From positions 2,176,001 through 2,240,000 of the forward strand of contig OY762007.1 of the NCBI GenBank assembly GCA_963665115.1: a stretch of DNA of 64,000 nucleotides, in the 5' to 3' direction. Shown here one piece after another: positions 11,177 to 20,138 of this stretch. Source of the stretch: an uncultured Rivularia sp. Its GTDB lineage: Bacteria; Cyanobacteriota; Cyanobacteriia; Cyanobacteriales; Nostocaceae. Each line of letters starts with the position of its first letter. The stretch's first letter is position 1. Under the pieces are notes generated by a model. That model was not told the DNA's origin. It saw only the letters and a list, made by a program, of their open reading frames with translations, and did not search any database. The position numbers and the translations under genes are program-made.

Positions 11177-12463
11177 GTGGAAGTTGTTGAAGAGTATATG
11201 CAGGGACTCTATCAAAGTGGTCTCTATCCAGATAAGTTAATTTGCCATGAAAAACATGGAAATGTAGTCGAAGTTGAAGATCCTGCCGATGGCAAGCGAT
11301 ATAAACTATTGACATTCTGCACTAACGATGTATTAGGGTTAGTTCAGTCAGAAGAAGTAAGACAAGCGGCGATTGATGCAATTGTGAAATACGGTACTTC
11401 TAATAGTTCCTGTTCCGTGTTAAGCGGCAGAATTGAGTTGCATCGTCAGTTGGAGCAAGAAATTTCGGCTTTCAAACATTTGCCCCATACTCATCTATTC
11501 CTCAATGCTTGGATGGCAATGCAAGCATTAATAGATGGTTTTTGCCACTTAGCGATTAATCTTCCTGGCTTTCGGAACACCAGAGAAACCTTAATTTTGA
11601 CTGATGTTCTCAACCACGGCTGTATAGTTTCTGCCGTTACCAATGCCAGCAATCGTTCTGGAAAGATGTTTAGTCATAGTCCTGATGTTCGCGTGAAAGC
11701 TTACCGTCATTGCGACGTAAATGACTTAGCGCGAAAATTACGACGCTATGCGAAGCCAAATGACCGAATTTTGGTAGTTTCCGATGCTGTCTTCTCAATG
11801 GATGGGGATATCGCTCCATTGCCAGAGATGCTGGACGTTTTAGAAAACTATCCAGGTAGCGTCATTGTGATGGATGAAGCTCACGCCAGCGGTGCGCTCG
11901 GTCCTAAAGGCGGCGGTATCTACGACCATTTTGGAATTACGCCCCAGCAAGTACTCGATCGGGGAATGGTGCCATTAATTATGACCACCTTCTCTAAATT
12001 TGCAGCTTCCGCAGGTGCAGCAATCAGTTCTCATATGCCAGAAATGATTGACTTGTTGGACGTTTCCCCAACCTCCATCGGTACAATTTCTCTTCCACCT
12101 CCAACAACAGCAGCAGCGTTAGAAAGTATTCGTCAGGTAAGACAAAATCCTGAATTAGTCGAAACCTTGCAAGCCAACGCGAATTACTTGCGATCGCGTT
12201 TAATCGAACATGATTTTGCAGCGATTGGCGAAACTAACGTCATACCAGTACTAATGCCACCCGAACTCAATCCCAAGCAGTTCACCCGTCATTTGATGGA
12301 ACACCACGGTATTTGGGTATCTGCGATTTGGTTTATTGCTAAACCTCGCTTAAGAATTACCGCAAACGCGCTTCATACTAAAGAAGAAATGGATAATTTG
12401 GTTGAAGCAATGGTACAAACGCGAGAGCTTTTATATAAACCTGCGACTGTAGCTACTGCTTAG
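11177..12463 (+). CDS. PLP-dependent alpha-oxoamine synthase (serine palmitoyltransferase-like)
   Basis: Motifs NDVLGL, SDAVFSMDGD, MDEAHASG, TFSK (PLP Lys) and RLRI; GAGGAG RBS before the GTG start. Confidence 0.85.
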   Translation: MEVVEEYMQGLYQSGLYPDKLICHEKHGNVVEVEDPADGKRYKLLTFCTNDVLGLVQSEEVRQAAIDAIVKYGTSNSSCSVLSGRIELHRQLEQEISAFKHLPHTHLFLNAWMAMQALIDGFCHLAINLPGFRNTRETLILTDVLNHGCIVSAVTNASNRSGKMFSHSPDVRVKAYRHCDVNDLARKLRRYAKPNDRILVVSDAVFSMDGDIAPLPEMLDVLENYPGSVIVMDEAHASGALGPKGGGIYDHFGITPQQVLDRGMVPLIMTTFSKFAASAGAAISSHMPEMIDLLDVSPTSIGTISLPPPTTAAALESIRQVRQNPELVETLQANANYLRSRLIEHDFAAIGETNVIPVLMPPELNPKQFTRHLMEHHGIWVSAIWFIAKPRLRITANALHTKEEMDNLVEAMVQTRELLYKPATVATA

Positions 12464-12538
12464 AAATTGAAAAGGGTGGGCATCCCTGCCCCACAATAGT
12501 TGTAAATCTTCTTGATTTGTAAGAATTGTCGAGATTTT

Positions 12539-12571
12539 AGAAACCCGGTTTTTTCAAAAAACCGGGTTTCT
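12539..12571. repeat. Perfect palindromic dispersed repeat AGAAACCCGGTTTTTT-C-AAAAAACCGGGTTTCT
   Basis: Near-identical copy at 16799-16830. Confidence 0.75.
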
Positions 12572-12740
12572 GAATTTTTTGATGGTGCGTTATGCTGCGC
12601 GATGACACACCCTACGTTCTCAAAAGCGCACTTTTTGCTATTTCCTGTTCCCTGTGCCAAACAATTAAAATAAACCAATAAAAATATCATAATTAAAAAT
12701 TTAACTGTAACTTTTTTACATTAAACGCAAAACTTTATTA

Positions 12741-13892
12741 GTGAATATGGTTACTCAAACTCAAAATTTTCAGGTATCACCTGTAACTACAGACGCACAG
12801 AGGGAAATGTTCCTCGATGTGCCTGTTAAAGTATATAAAAATAATCCTAATTGGGTTCCACCAATTCGCAGCAGCATTGCCAAACAATTAGCATCAAACG
12901 AAAATCCTTTTTTGGAATATGGAGAATTTCAGCAGTTTATTGCTATTTCTCAAAAGAATAACGAACCTTTAGGAAGAATTGTCGCTATAGTAAATCGCCG
13001 ATTAATTGAAAGCGAAGGTAAAAATGTCGGTCTTTTTGGTTATTTTGAATGCCTAGAAGACTTTGAGGTTGCTAATAGTCTATTAGAAACAGCTTCCAAG
13101 TGGTTGCGCGATAAAGGGATGAATTTTGTCAGGGGACCAATAAATTTATCTACTCACAATAGCTGTTTATTTTTAGTAGATAAATTTGATCAACCACCAA
13201 TCATGATGACACCTTATAATCCGCCTTATTATCCTGAATTTATGGAAAAGGCTGGTTATTACAAAGGAAATGATGCATATGTTTTCAATTTTCCCTTAGA
13301 TACTGCTTTAGACCCTAAATTTGAAAAAGCTTATCGAATTGCTTGTAAATCTGGAGTAACATTTCGCCCACTCCGCACTAAAGGTGAAGGTTTTGAACAA
13401 GATTGTCGAGATATATATAACCTTGTAGGTAAAGTTTTTACTAAAAATTATAGTTATAGCTACCGTACTGTAGAAGAATTTCTCAGTCAGGCTAAAGATT
13501 TGCAAGATATGGCTGACCCAGATGTATTTCCCATAGCCGAACATGACGGTAAAATGATTGGTGTTTGGATGGGAATACCAGACTATAATATTGTTTTAAA
13601 ACATATTAACGGTAAACTAAATTGGTTAGGAATTATCAAATTCCTTTGGTATCGCCGTCAAATTGACCAAGGGATAGTACCCCTTATTGCTTGTTTGCCT
13701 GAGTATCGCCGCAAAATGGTGCCTTTAGCTCTTGTTTACTTAGGTATGCAAGGAGGAATCCGAAAAGGAAAGCCCTACAAAAGAGCAGAACTCGGTTGGG
13801 TATGGGAAGATAACTCAGCTTCCCGCAAAATGATTGAAGCAGCAGGCGGCAAAATCTACAAGACTTACCGAATTTACGAGAAAGCGTTATGA
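12741..13892 (+). CDS. GNAT-fold N-acyltransferase resembling bacterial ceramide synthase (bCerS)
   Basis: Motifs YxxxPNWVPP, GRIVA, GLFGYFE, WLRDKGM...GP, PPIMMTPYNPPYY and ELGWVWEDN...YKTYRIYEK; directly downstream of the SPT-like gene. Confidence 0.75.
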   Translation: MNMVTQTQNFQVSPVTTDAQREMFLDVPVKVYKNNPNWVPPIRSSIAKQLASNENPFLEYGEFQQFIAISQKNNEPLGRIVAIVNRRLIESEGKNVGLFGYFECLEDFEVANSLLETASKWLRDKGMNFVRGPINLSTHNSCLFLVDKFDQPPIMMTPYNPPYYPEFMEKAGYYKGNDAYVFNFPLDTALDPKFEKAYRIACKSGVTFRPLRTKGEGFEQDCRDIYNLVGKVFTKNYSYSYRTVEEFLSQAKDLQDMADPDVFPIAEHDGKMIGVWMGIPDYNIVLKHINGKLNWLGIIKFLWYRRQIDQGIVPLIACLPEYRRKMVPLALVYLGMQGGIRKGKPYKRAELGWVWEDNSASRKMIEAAGGKIYKTYRIYEKAL

Positions 13893-14860
13893 AAGCTTTA
13901 GTTACAGGTGCCAATGGTTTCACGGGTTCGCACTTAGTAAAAGCGCTACAGCAGCGCGGCGATTCGGTTATTGGACTAGTGCGAAAATCCAGCGATTTAA
14001 CAAGATTAGAAAATACAGGAATACATTTAGTTACGGGAGACATTACCGATCGCAACGCCTTACGTCAAGCGATGCAGGATGTTGACATGGTATTCCATAC
14101 AGCAGCTTTTGTGGAGTTAGGTTTAGTCGATGCCGCAAAAATGGAACGGGTAAACGTCGAAGGAACTCAAGCCGTTTTAGAAGTTGCCAAGGAAATGGGA
14201 ATTTTAAAAATGGTTTATTGCAGCACCATCGGCATTTATGGCGATACCAAAGGTGAAATCATCGATGAAACCTTTGAAAGAACTCAAGAAAACTTCTCCT
14301 CTGCTTACGACAGCACCAAATATGAAGCACAGCAGCTAGTTGACAACTACGCCGTCATCGGTTTTCCCGTAGTTAGCGTTATGCCTTCAGGTATTTTTGG
14401 CCCAGACGATCCGCATTTTGGCCCCGTATTTAAACTATTTTTGCAAGGTAAATTAAAACTCTGGGTAGCTGGCGATCGCATGACAGGGATAGTTCATGTG
14501 GACGATCTTGTAAATGCCATGATATTGGCAGCAGAAAAAGGCGAAAGAGGAGAACATTACATAATTTCTGCTGGTGAAGTTCCCTCCCGCGAAATGTTTG
14601 AAATTATCAGCGAACAGACAGGCATTTCCACACCTACGGAAGTTCCACAACCGATAGTTAGAATTGCAGGTAATATTCTTGACCCGATAGGAAGCTTATT
14701 CTCATGGAATCCACCAATAGGTAAAGAGCGCTTACATTACTTGTACGACCGCTGCGTGCGAGTCGATGCAAAGAAAGCGCGTGAAAAATTAGGTTGGCAA
14801 CCCCGTTCTGTGTCCCAAACATTACAAGAAATTGCTACACACTTACAATCTCAAATTTAA
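13889..14860 (+). CDS. NAD(P)-dependent epimerase/dehydratase family (extended SDR) reductase
   Basis: VTGANGFTG Rossmann motif; YDSTK (YxxxK); ATGA overlap with the upstream gene. Confidence 0.88.
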   Translation: MKALVTGANGFTGSHLVKALQQRGDSVIGLVRKSSDLTRLENTGIHLVTGDITDRNALRQAMQDVDMVFHTAAFVELGLVDAAKMERVNVEGTQAVLEVAKEMGILKMVYCSTIGIYGDTKGEIIDETFERTQENFSSAYDSTKYEAQQLVDNYAVIGFPVVSVMPSGIFGPDDPHFGPVFKLFLQGKLKLWVAGDRMTGIVHVDDLVNAMILAAEKGERGEHYIISAGEVPSREMFEIISEQTGISTPTEVPQPIVRIAGNILDPIGSLFSWNPPIGKERLHYLYDRCVRVDAKKAREKLGWQPRSVSQTLQEIATHLQSQI

Positions 14861-14885
14861 AGATAAAACAAAAATAAGGTTGTTG

Positions 14886-14933
14886 GTAGTTGCGCTTCAG
14901 CGCCTCCGAGAAGAAGCGCTAAAGCGCAACTAC
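14886..14933. repeat. GTAG-type REP-like inverted pair
   Basis: gtagttgcgcttcagcgc...gcgctaaagcgcaactac. Confidence 0.7.
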
Positions 14934-15067
14934 GAACCTGCTAAGTCCTCATTATTGCAACCTATTAAAGATTTTTAACGTCCTCAACAAAGTAGTGTTG
15001 TACGCAATTATCATGTCGATAAATTGTTACGATAAATTACAAGACAGATATTTCTTCAAAAGCTTAT

Positions 15068-15577
15068 ATGAATTCAGTGTTATTTAGTGCTTCGACAGCA
15101 ATAATTTGTTTCCTAATTGCCTTCACACTGGCGAGTTTGGTGGAATACTGGCTGCATCGTTTGATGCACGTTAATCGTAAAATTGGTGAACGTCATCGCG
15201 ATCATCATCGTCGCAACGAAGGACAAGGTGTAGTCTGGGAGTTTCGCGATTATGTTGTTGGTAGCTTAGTCGTCTTGCCATTAATGTTTTTCTTTTCTTG
15301 GAGTGCTGGTTTGGGTTGGTTGCTCGGAAGTTTGAGCTATGCGGCTTTTTCAGCATATGCTCATCAATTACAGCATGAAAATCCAACCAAATGCTTCTGG
15401 ATGAAAATGCCAGTTCATTACGTCCATCATAAATACGGGATGTGGGAGCATAACTTTGGTTTAGCTGTAGACTGGTGGGACCATGTTTTCGGTACTTACA
15501 AACCTGTTGAAGAATGGATCGGTGAAAAAGAAATTGCGCTATCCGAACGCGGTTATTTACAGTTGAAGTGGTGGTAG
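15068..15577 (+). CDS. Fatty acid hydroxylase/sterol desaturase family membrane protein
   Basis: His boxes EYWLHRLMH, HRDHH, HQLQH and HYVHH; NFGL...WWDHVFGT. Confidence 0.88.
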   Translation: MNSVLFSASTAIICFLIAFTLASLVEYWLHRLMHVNRKIGERHRDHHRRNEGQGVVWEFRDYVVGSLVVLPLMFFFSWSAGLGWLLGSLSYAAFSAYAHQLQHENPTKCFWMKMPVHYVHHKYGMWEHNFGLAVDWWDHVFGTYKPVEEWIGEKEIALSERGYLQLKWW

Positions 15578-15578
15578 A

Positions 15579-15810
15579 GTATTTGCGCGGATGGTAAGGT
15601 GTTGAAAAATAAATTGAAAAAATAATTGCTGAATCCCATATTGGATAAGGCTTTGAAGCATTATTTTACCTACAACCATCCGCGCACCTTACCTGGACTG
15701 GATTTCAGCGATTTTGCCCCTTCTCTATTTTGTTTTCCCATGCTACTATTAGGTCATCCGCGCAACCGAACCTTGAAAACCATATACAGACAGTGTTCTG
15801 AAATAGTGCA
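15579..15810 (+). promoter_or_regulatory. CRISPR leader
   Basis: Non-coding region abutting the first intact repeat; carries TGCGCGGATGG (15584) with inverted copies at about 15676 and 15755, resembling cyanobacterial leaders. Confidence 0.7.
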
Positions 15811-16202
15811 GTTGAAATTACCTCTAATCCCTATTAGGGATTGAAACGGGAAATACGCTAATCCATCATTTTTTGACAAAAGTTGAAATTACCTCTAATC
15901 CCTATTAGGGATTGAAACACGTCGTATTGCAAAAACAGATGCGGAAAAAGAATGTTGAAATTACCTCTAATCCCTATTAGGGATTGAAACACAGAAGACA
16001 AGAAAGAAGGTTTGAGAGCTACAGGTTGAAATTACCTCTAATCCCTATTAGGGATTGAAACGCAGAAACGATACTCAAACTATTGGTATTACCAAGTTGA
16101 AATTACCTCTAATCCCTATTAGGGATTGAAACGGAAGAATTGGTAGTTAAGAAGTGATTATTTACGTTGAAATCGCCTCTAATCTCTATTAAGGATTAGA
16201 AA
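15811..16202 (+). CRISPR. CRISPR array with 6 x 37-bp repeats (GTTGAAATTACCTCTAATCCCTATTAGGGATTGAAAC) and 5 spacers of 33-35 bp; type I-D-like repeat
   Basis: Identical repeats at 15811, 15882, 15954, 16025 and 16096; degenerate terminal repeat at 16166; AATCCCTA/TAGGGATT hairpin and ATTGAAAC 3' end; no cas genes in the window. Confidence 0.97.
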
Positions 16203-16397
16203 GTAAACATTTATCATCAAAAATAAAATCTATCTTAAGTACAGTAACCAAACTATAACTTCTGTTAGAGGGATGATTAGATCATTTATAGGTAATCTTG
16301 ATTTGTATTCAGTACAACTAATCTTGCTTTGAAATAGATTGGATTTTTAGATGTGCTGAATCAGTTAAAACTATTGGAAATGAGCTAACAAAGTTTC

Positions 16398-16763
16398 GTG
16401 ATGAAAAATATAATTAAGAGCGCGATCGCTAATATCAGTTTTGCATTTAAACAGCTTCAGGTTAAAAGTTTTTTGGCTGTTGTTTTAGCTGGGTTTTTAG
16501 TGCTAAATACAAGTTTTGCTCTCTCGGATAGGAGTGAAGCTGTTACTAATAAAATTGATAATTTAGTAAATCAAAACGATTCCGATAGACCTAAAACTGT
16601 AGGAGAATGGAATAAGGAAGCTCGTCAAACAGAAGATGCTCCCCTTCAAAGAGTTAAGAGAATTGGTAAAGAATCTGCTGAAGCTATAAAAGATTTTGGT
16701 GAGATGTATGGAGATACTGCTGAAAGAAGTACTCCCGATTTAGATAACAATATGATGAAATGA
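16398..16763 (+). CDS. Small hypothetical protein with N-terminal hydrophobic segment
   Basis: 121-aa ORF with signal-like segment and RPKTVGEW motif, resembling small conserved cyanobacterial proteins. Confidence 0.7.
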   Translation: MMKNIIKSAIANISFAFKQLQVKSFLAVVLAGFLVLNTSFALSDRSEAVTNKIDNLVNQNDSDRPKTVGEWNKEARQTEDAPLQRVKRIGKESAEAIKDFGEMYGDTAERSTPDLDNNMMK

Positions 16764-16888
16764 TTGATTGATATCGCATTATTAGATCGTTCGCGAGCAG
16801 AAGCCCGGTTTTTTCAAAAACCGGGTTTTTCAACATAGATAAATATTTCATTCTGGTTAAAATTACTGTCGCTGAGGTTATGAAATTT

Positions 16889-17884
16889 TCAAGCAGAACA
16901 TTTAACCGGGTTGGAATTTATATCGCTAGTGCAAAAATCTCTCTGCTTCTTCTTCATGCTTCTAATATGACGAATTACAACTGCAAAAGCATTTATTCCT
17001 TGAAGCATTAATAATGTCATCCAACAAAGTGCTTTAATAATGCTAAAAGCTGTAGGGCGAGTTAATCCTTCGTGAATAGCAATCCGCGCTTCATCTAAGA
17101 AACCGTCATATTCTTGTGGTTTTAGGGAATCATGAAAAACCGAGACTTTAAGCCCATGTATTCCGCTCACCATGTATTTTCCCATTCGGATACGTTCTAA
17201 TTGGGCTACTTCAAGATGATATAAGTCGTGATAGTGGATGAAAACACCTTTCATTTGAATATGCTCGTTACCAATTTTGATGGGAATTATGCTAATACAA
17301 CCTAGAGTTTTCTTAAATTGAGTAATTTGAGAACTTTGATTGGTTATATCTATAATATTTTTAAGCAACGCTACCCAAAATTTCTGGTATTGAGACAACC
17401 GCAATTTTATACTTTCTGTTTGTAAAGCAGCACTGTTATTGATTTTAGAGACTGGCTTTACTTTGAGATTTTGCTGTTCGTTAATACCGTTAACCGATTT
17501 GAATACTTCATCCCAAAAGCTAAATAAATAATAAGGAATTTCAAGATTTTTTTGCGGCTGTAACTTCAAACAAGCTTGCAAACGTTTCTGCAAGCTTTGT
17601 TGATGTTTGGATAAAGCATCTGGTGAAAAAGACTGACGACGCTTGTAAATTACAAATGCACGCAACAATAACCATTTCATTCGAGAAGCATAAAGACGAT
17701 TTTCAGCACTACTCGACGATTTTATTTTCCATAATGCATTTTCTAAAGCTATTTGTTGACACCGGGAAAGCTTCGGTTGTTGATTCACTGTGTTTTTGTA
17801 GTTATGTTGTAATACGCGACTGTGGAAAGTTAGATGTCGCGAAGAAATTAAAAAGGATGTATTACTACTACACAATGGATTCAA
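16889..17884 (-). CDS. Hypothetical protein with segments resembling the IS66 transposase C-terminal half
   Basis: Uninterrupted 331-codon ORF in AT-rich DNA; YASRMKWLLLRAFVIYKRR...LQKRLQACLKLQP, YLFSF...NGINEQ and LQGINAF recall IS66 TnpC motifs (recognised by eye). Confidence 0.5.
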   Translation of the reverse strand: MNPLCSSNTSFLISSRHLTFHSRVLQHNYKNTVNQQPKLSRCQQIALENALWKIKSSSSAENRLYASRMKWLLLRAFVIYKRRQSFSPDALSKHQQSLQKRLQACLKLQPQKNLEIPYYLFSFWDEVFKSVNGINEQQNLKVKPVSKINNSAALQTESIKLRLSQYQKFWVALLKNIIDITNQSSQITQFKKTLGCISIIPIKIGNEHIQMKGVFIHYHDLYHLEVAQLERIRMGKYMVSGIHGLKVSVFHDSLKPQEYDGFLDEARIAIHEGLTRPTAFSIIKALCWMTLLMLQGINAFAVVIRHIRSMKKKQRDFCTSDINSNPVKCSA

Positions 17885-17911
17885 TAAATTATGATTTTGC
17901 TGAAAATTTGC

Positions 17912-18817
17912 TTACTTTAATATAAAGTCGGCGATCGCCTTATCTTTATCTACGGGTGTAATGTCGGGAACGCTTAATAAAACCGAACGCTGAGTAAATT
18001 TACTATCTGGTTTATCTTGAACTCGTCTTTGTACTCGATTAGGAATACCGTAACCGTATACAATATGACCTTGCCCTGCTAAGACAACCATTTGATAATC
18101 TTTGTTAGCTTTGATGAACTTGGCGATACCATCCGCCATTGTTTCATCCCACAATACTTGGGCTAGAAAAAAACGATTTGCACTACTACTGTTTCCATGC
18201 CCCGCACTTTGATGTTGTTCAAATGCTTTCAACACCATTTGCCGGTATGCTATGTTATCTAAGCGAATTTCTGTAATCGGCGGTATTAATTGTTTTTCAG
18301 CATCGGTAAGTTTTTCTATGCCCTCTTTGGCAACTTTACGGCTAATTTCGCTAGGAGTGTTTAAAGCTAAAACGGGTATTTGTTTTTCTTTGGCAAAGCG
18401 TAAAATAGGAGCATAAAGTTCCCAATCAAAACCCCAACGATTTTTATATTCGGTTTTTTCAACTAGTTCTGCTTCTGTAATTTTTCCTGCAATATATTGG
18501 TTAATGACTTCTTGAAAGGGGCGTTGAAACATTTCCATCCCGATCGCAATTTTTGGATTATTTTTATATAATTCTTGAATAACTTTTAATTGATTTTGAT
18601 GATCTTTGGTACTGTCGTGAATTTCCCCAAGATATACTACTTGAGCTTTTTTTAGTTCGGGTAATATTTGGTTTAAATTATCAGCGCATTGACTATTGGA
18701 AAATTGTGTAGCGCAGGAATTTATTTTAGGTTGAGCGTAACTTGTACAAGAAAATAGAAAAAATATTCCTACTGATAAAGCAAATAGTTTACTCAAATAA
18801 AGCGGTGAAGGCTGCAT
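17912..18817 (-). CDS. ChaN/PhuW-family (DUF399) putative heme/iron-uptake lipoprotein
   Basis: Motifs VYLGEIHD, IGMEMF, AQVLWDETMA and LAGQGH; lipobox-like LFSC. Confidence 0.85.
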   Translation of the reverse strand: MQPSPLYLSKLFALSVGIFFLFSCTSYAQPKINSCATQFSNSQCADNLNQILPELKKAQVVYLGEIHDSTKDHQNQLKVIQELYKNNPKIAIGMEMFQRPFQEVINQYIAGKITEAELVEKTEYKNRWGFDWELYAPILRFAKEKQIPVLALNTPSEISRKVAKEGIEKLTDAEKQLIPPITEIRLDNIAYRQMVLKAFEQHQSAGHGNSSSANRFFLAQVLWDETMADGIAKFIKANKDYQMVVLAGQGHIVYGYGIPNRVQRRVQDKPDSKFTQRSVLLSVPDITPVDKDKAIADFILK

Positions 18818-18972
18818 ATTTTTGATCTAGTTTAGAATAGCAATTTTATCTTTTAATAAATCGAATACACAAATAGTAGTCGAAATTTAATTTATTTAAA
18901 TTTTTCAAGTCTCTACAAATCTGATTTTTATGAAAAAATAGTTATGGAATTTATTTAAGAGAATAAAAACAA

Positions 18973-19278
18973 ATACCTCAAATTCAACATATGGCTCTTT
19001 TAAAATTTAAGCCAGAAGTCACTACCGATAAAATAGAGTATTTATTCAATCAACTTGCGGAATTAAAACACTTAATTCCAGGTATTACTTATTTTTCTGG
19101 CGGTTGCTATTCTAGTGATGAGGGACTAAATAAGGATTTTAAACATGGCTTTTTGACAACTTTCGAGAGTATAGAAGCACGAGATATTTATTTACCTCAT
19201 TCAGAGCATGAACGAGTCAAAGCAGAAATATTACCTTGTATTGACGATATAATTGTGTTTGATTTTGAAGCCGAATGA
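18973..19278 (+). CDS. Dabb family stress-responsive A/B barrel protein
   Basis: LLKFK...IPGI...HGFLTTFES...YLPHSEH...VFDF. The expected N-terminus (x)PQIQH begins at ATA 18973; the first ATG is 18991. Confidence 0.8.
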   Translation: MPQIQHMALLKFKPEVTTDKIEYLFNQLAELKHLIPGITYFSGGCYSSDEGLNKDFKHGFLTTFESIEARDIYLPHSEHERVKAEILPCIDDIIVFDFEAE

Positions 19279-19297
19279 AGAAAAAGGTCGATCAAAA

Positions 19298-19660
19298 CTA
19301 TTCGTAAACAGTTTCATCTTCTTTACGCCAAGCTGGATCTACAATGCAAATAAATACTAATGGTTCGCTGCCACAACTGTGAATAAATTGCTTTGCATTG
19401 GGAGGAATGTATACGGCATCACCAGGTTCTACAATTTGGATTTCCTCGTCAATATGCATTTCTCCTTTACCAGTGAGAATATAATAAACTTCCGAAGTTT
19501 TTAAAGAATGCGGCTGAGAAGTTTTTCCGACTGGTAATGTTGCATGAGCAAAACTATAGCGCAATTCTAAAGGATGCTTATCTGGGTGAAGCAATTCTCG
19601 TAAAATAGTATTGTCACCCGCGATAAATTCCGGACAATCTAACAGTTTTTTGACGAACAT
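19298..19660 (-). CDS. Cupin domain protein
   Basis: PHSLKTSEVYYILTGKG...GDAVYIPPNAKQ cupin motifs. Confidence 0.85.
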   Translation of the reverse strand: MFVKKLLDCPEFIAGDNTILRELLHPDKHPLELRYSFAHATLPVGKTSQPHSLKTSEVYYILTGKGEMHIDEEIQIVEPGDAVYIPPNAKQFIHSCGSEPLVFICIVDPAWRKEDETVYE

Positions 19661-19758
19661 TAAATGTTAGTGGTTAGTGTTTAGTTGTTAGTTGTTAGTG
19701 GTTAGTGGTTGGTTGTTAACAGAAAGACTATCAACTATCAAATATTAACTATCAAAAT

Positions 19759-20049
19759 CTAATACAACATTGGATTTGTTTTAGGTTGATAATCCATACA
19801 TTCTATTGCTTCTTCAGTATTAGCAATAGAAGGGTTTACTGTGCATTTTAAACGGTAGTTGTCGGTAAAATATTGGCAGCCCGAACATGGAATTTGATGC
19901 ATTTGCTGTACTGTCGCAATTCCATCTCGTGCAGCAGTCCACATACTCCAGCCTACTAAAATAACTAATGCCCAAGCACAGACAAAGCAAATGGGCACTA
20001 AGAAAGGCTGAATCGTATTAACTAAGAAATAAAGTATTTGAAACAGCAT
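19759..20049 (-). CDS. Conserved cyanobacterial small membrane protein with Cys-rich C-terminus
   Basis: TM segment followed by HQIPCSGCQYFT...LKCTVNP...C. Confidence 0.75.
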   Translation of the reverse strand: MLFQILYFLVNTIQPFLVPICFVCAWALVILVGWSMWTAARDGIATVQQMHQIPCSGCQYFTDNYRLKCTVNPSIANTEEAIECMDYQPKTNPMLY

Positions 20050-20053
20050 TTTC

Positions 20054-20095
20054 AGGTTAAAGGTTAAAGGTTAAAGGTTAAAGGTTAAAGGTTAA
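20054..20095. repeat. STRR heptamer tract (AGGTTAA)6
   Basis: Read directly; other heptamer tracts at about 19666-19717, 21200-21265, 22894-22955, 53437-53508, 56581-56640, 59438-59490 and 60357-60392. Confidence 0.9.
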
Positions 20096-20138
20096 TTATC
20101 TATTATTAATGCCTTATGCCCTATTCCCCAATCATTAA

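Noticed and set aside
11177..12463. Calling the PLP enzyme bioF
   Set aside because: No biotin genes are adjacent, the motifs are atypical and the context points to lipid synthesis.
15626..15844. 72-aa ORF
   Set aside because: It lies in the CRISPR leader and first repeat and has no protein-like features.
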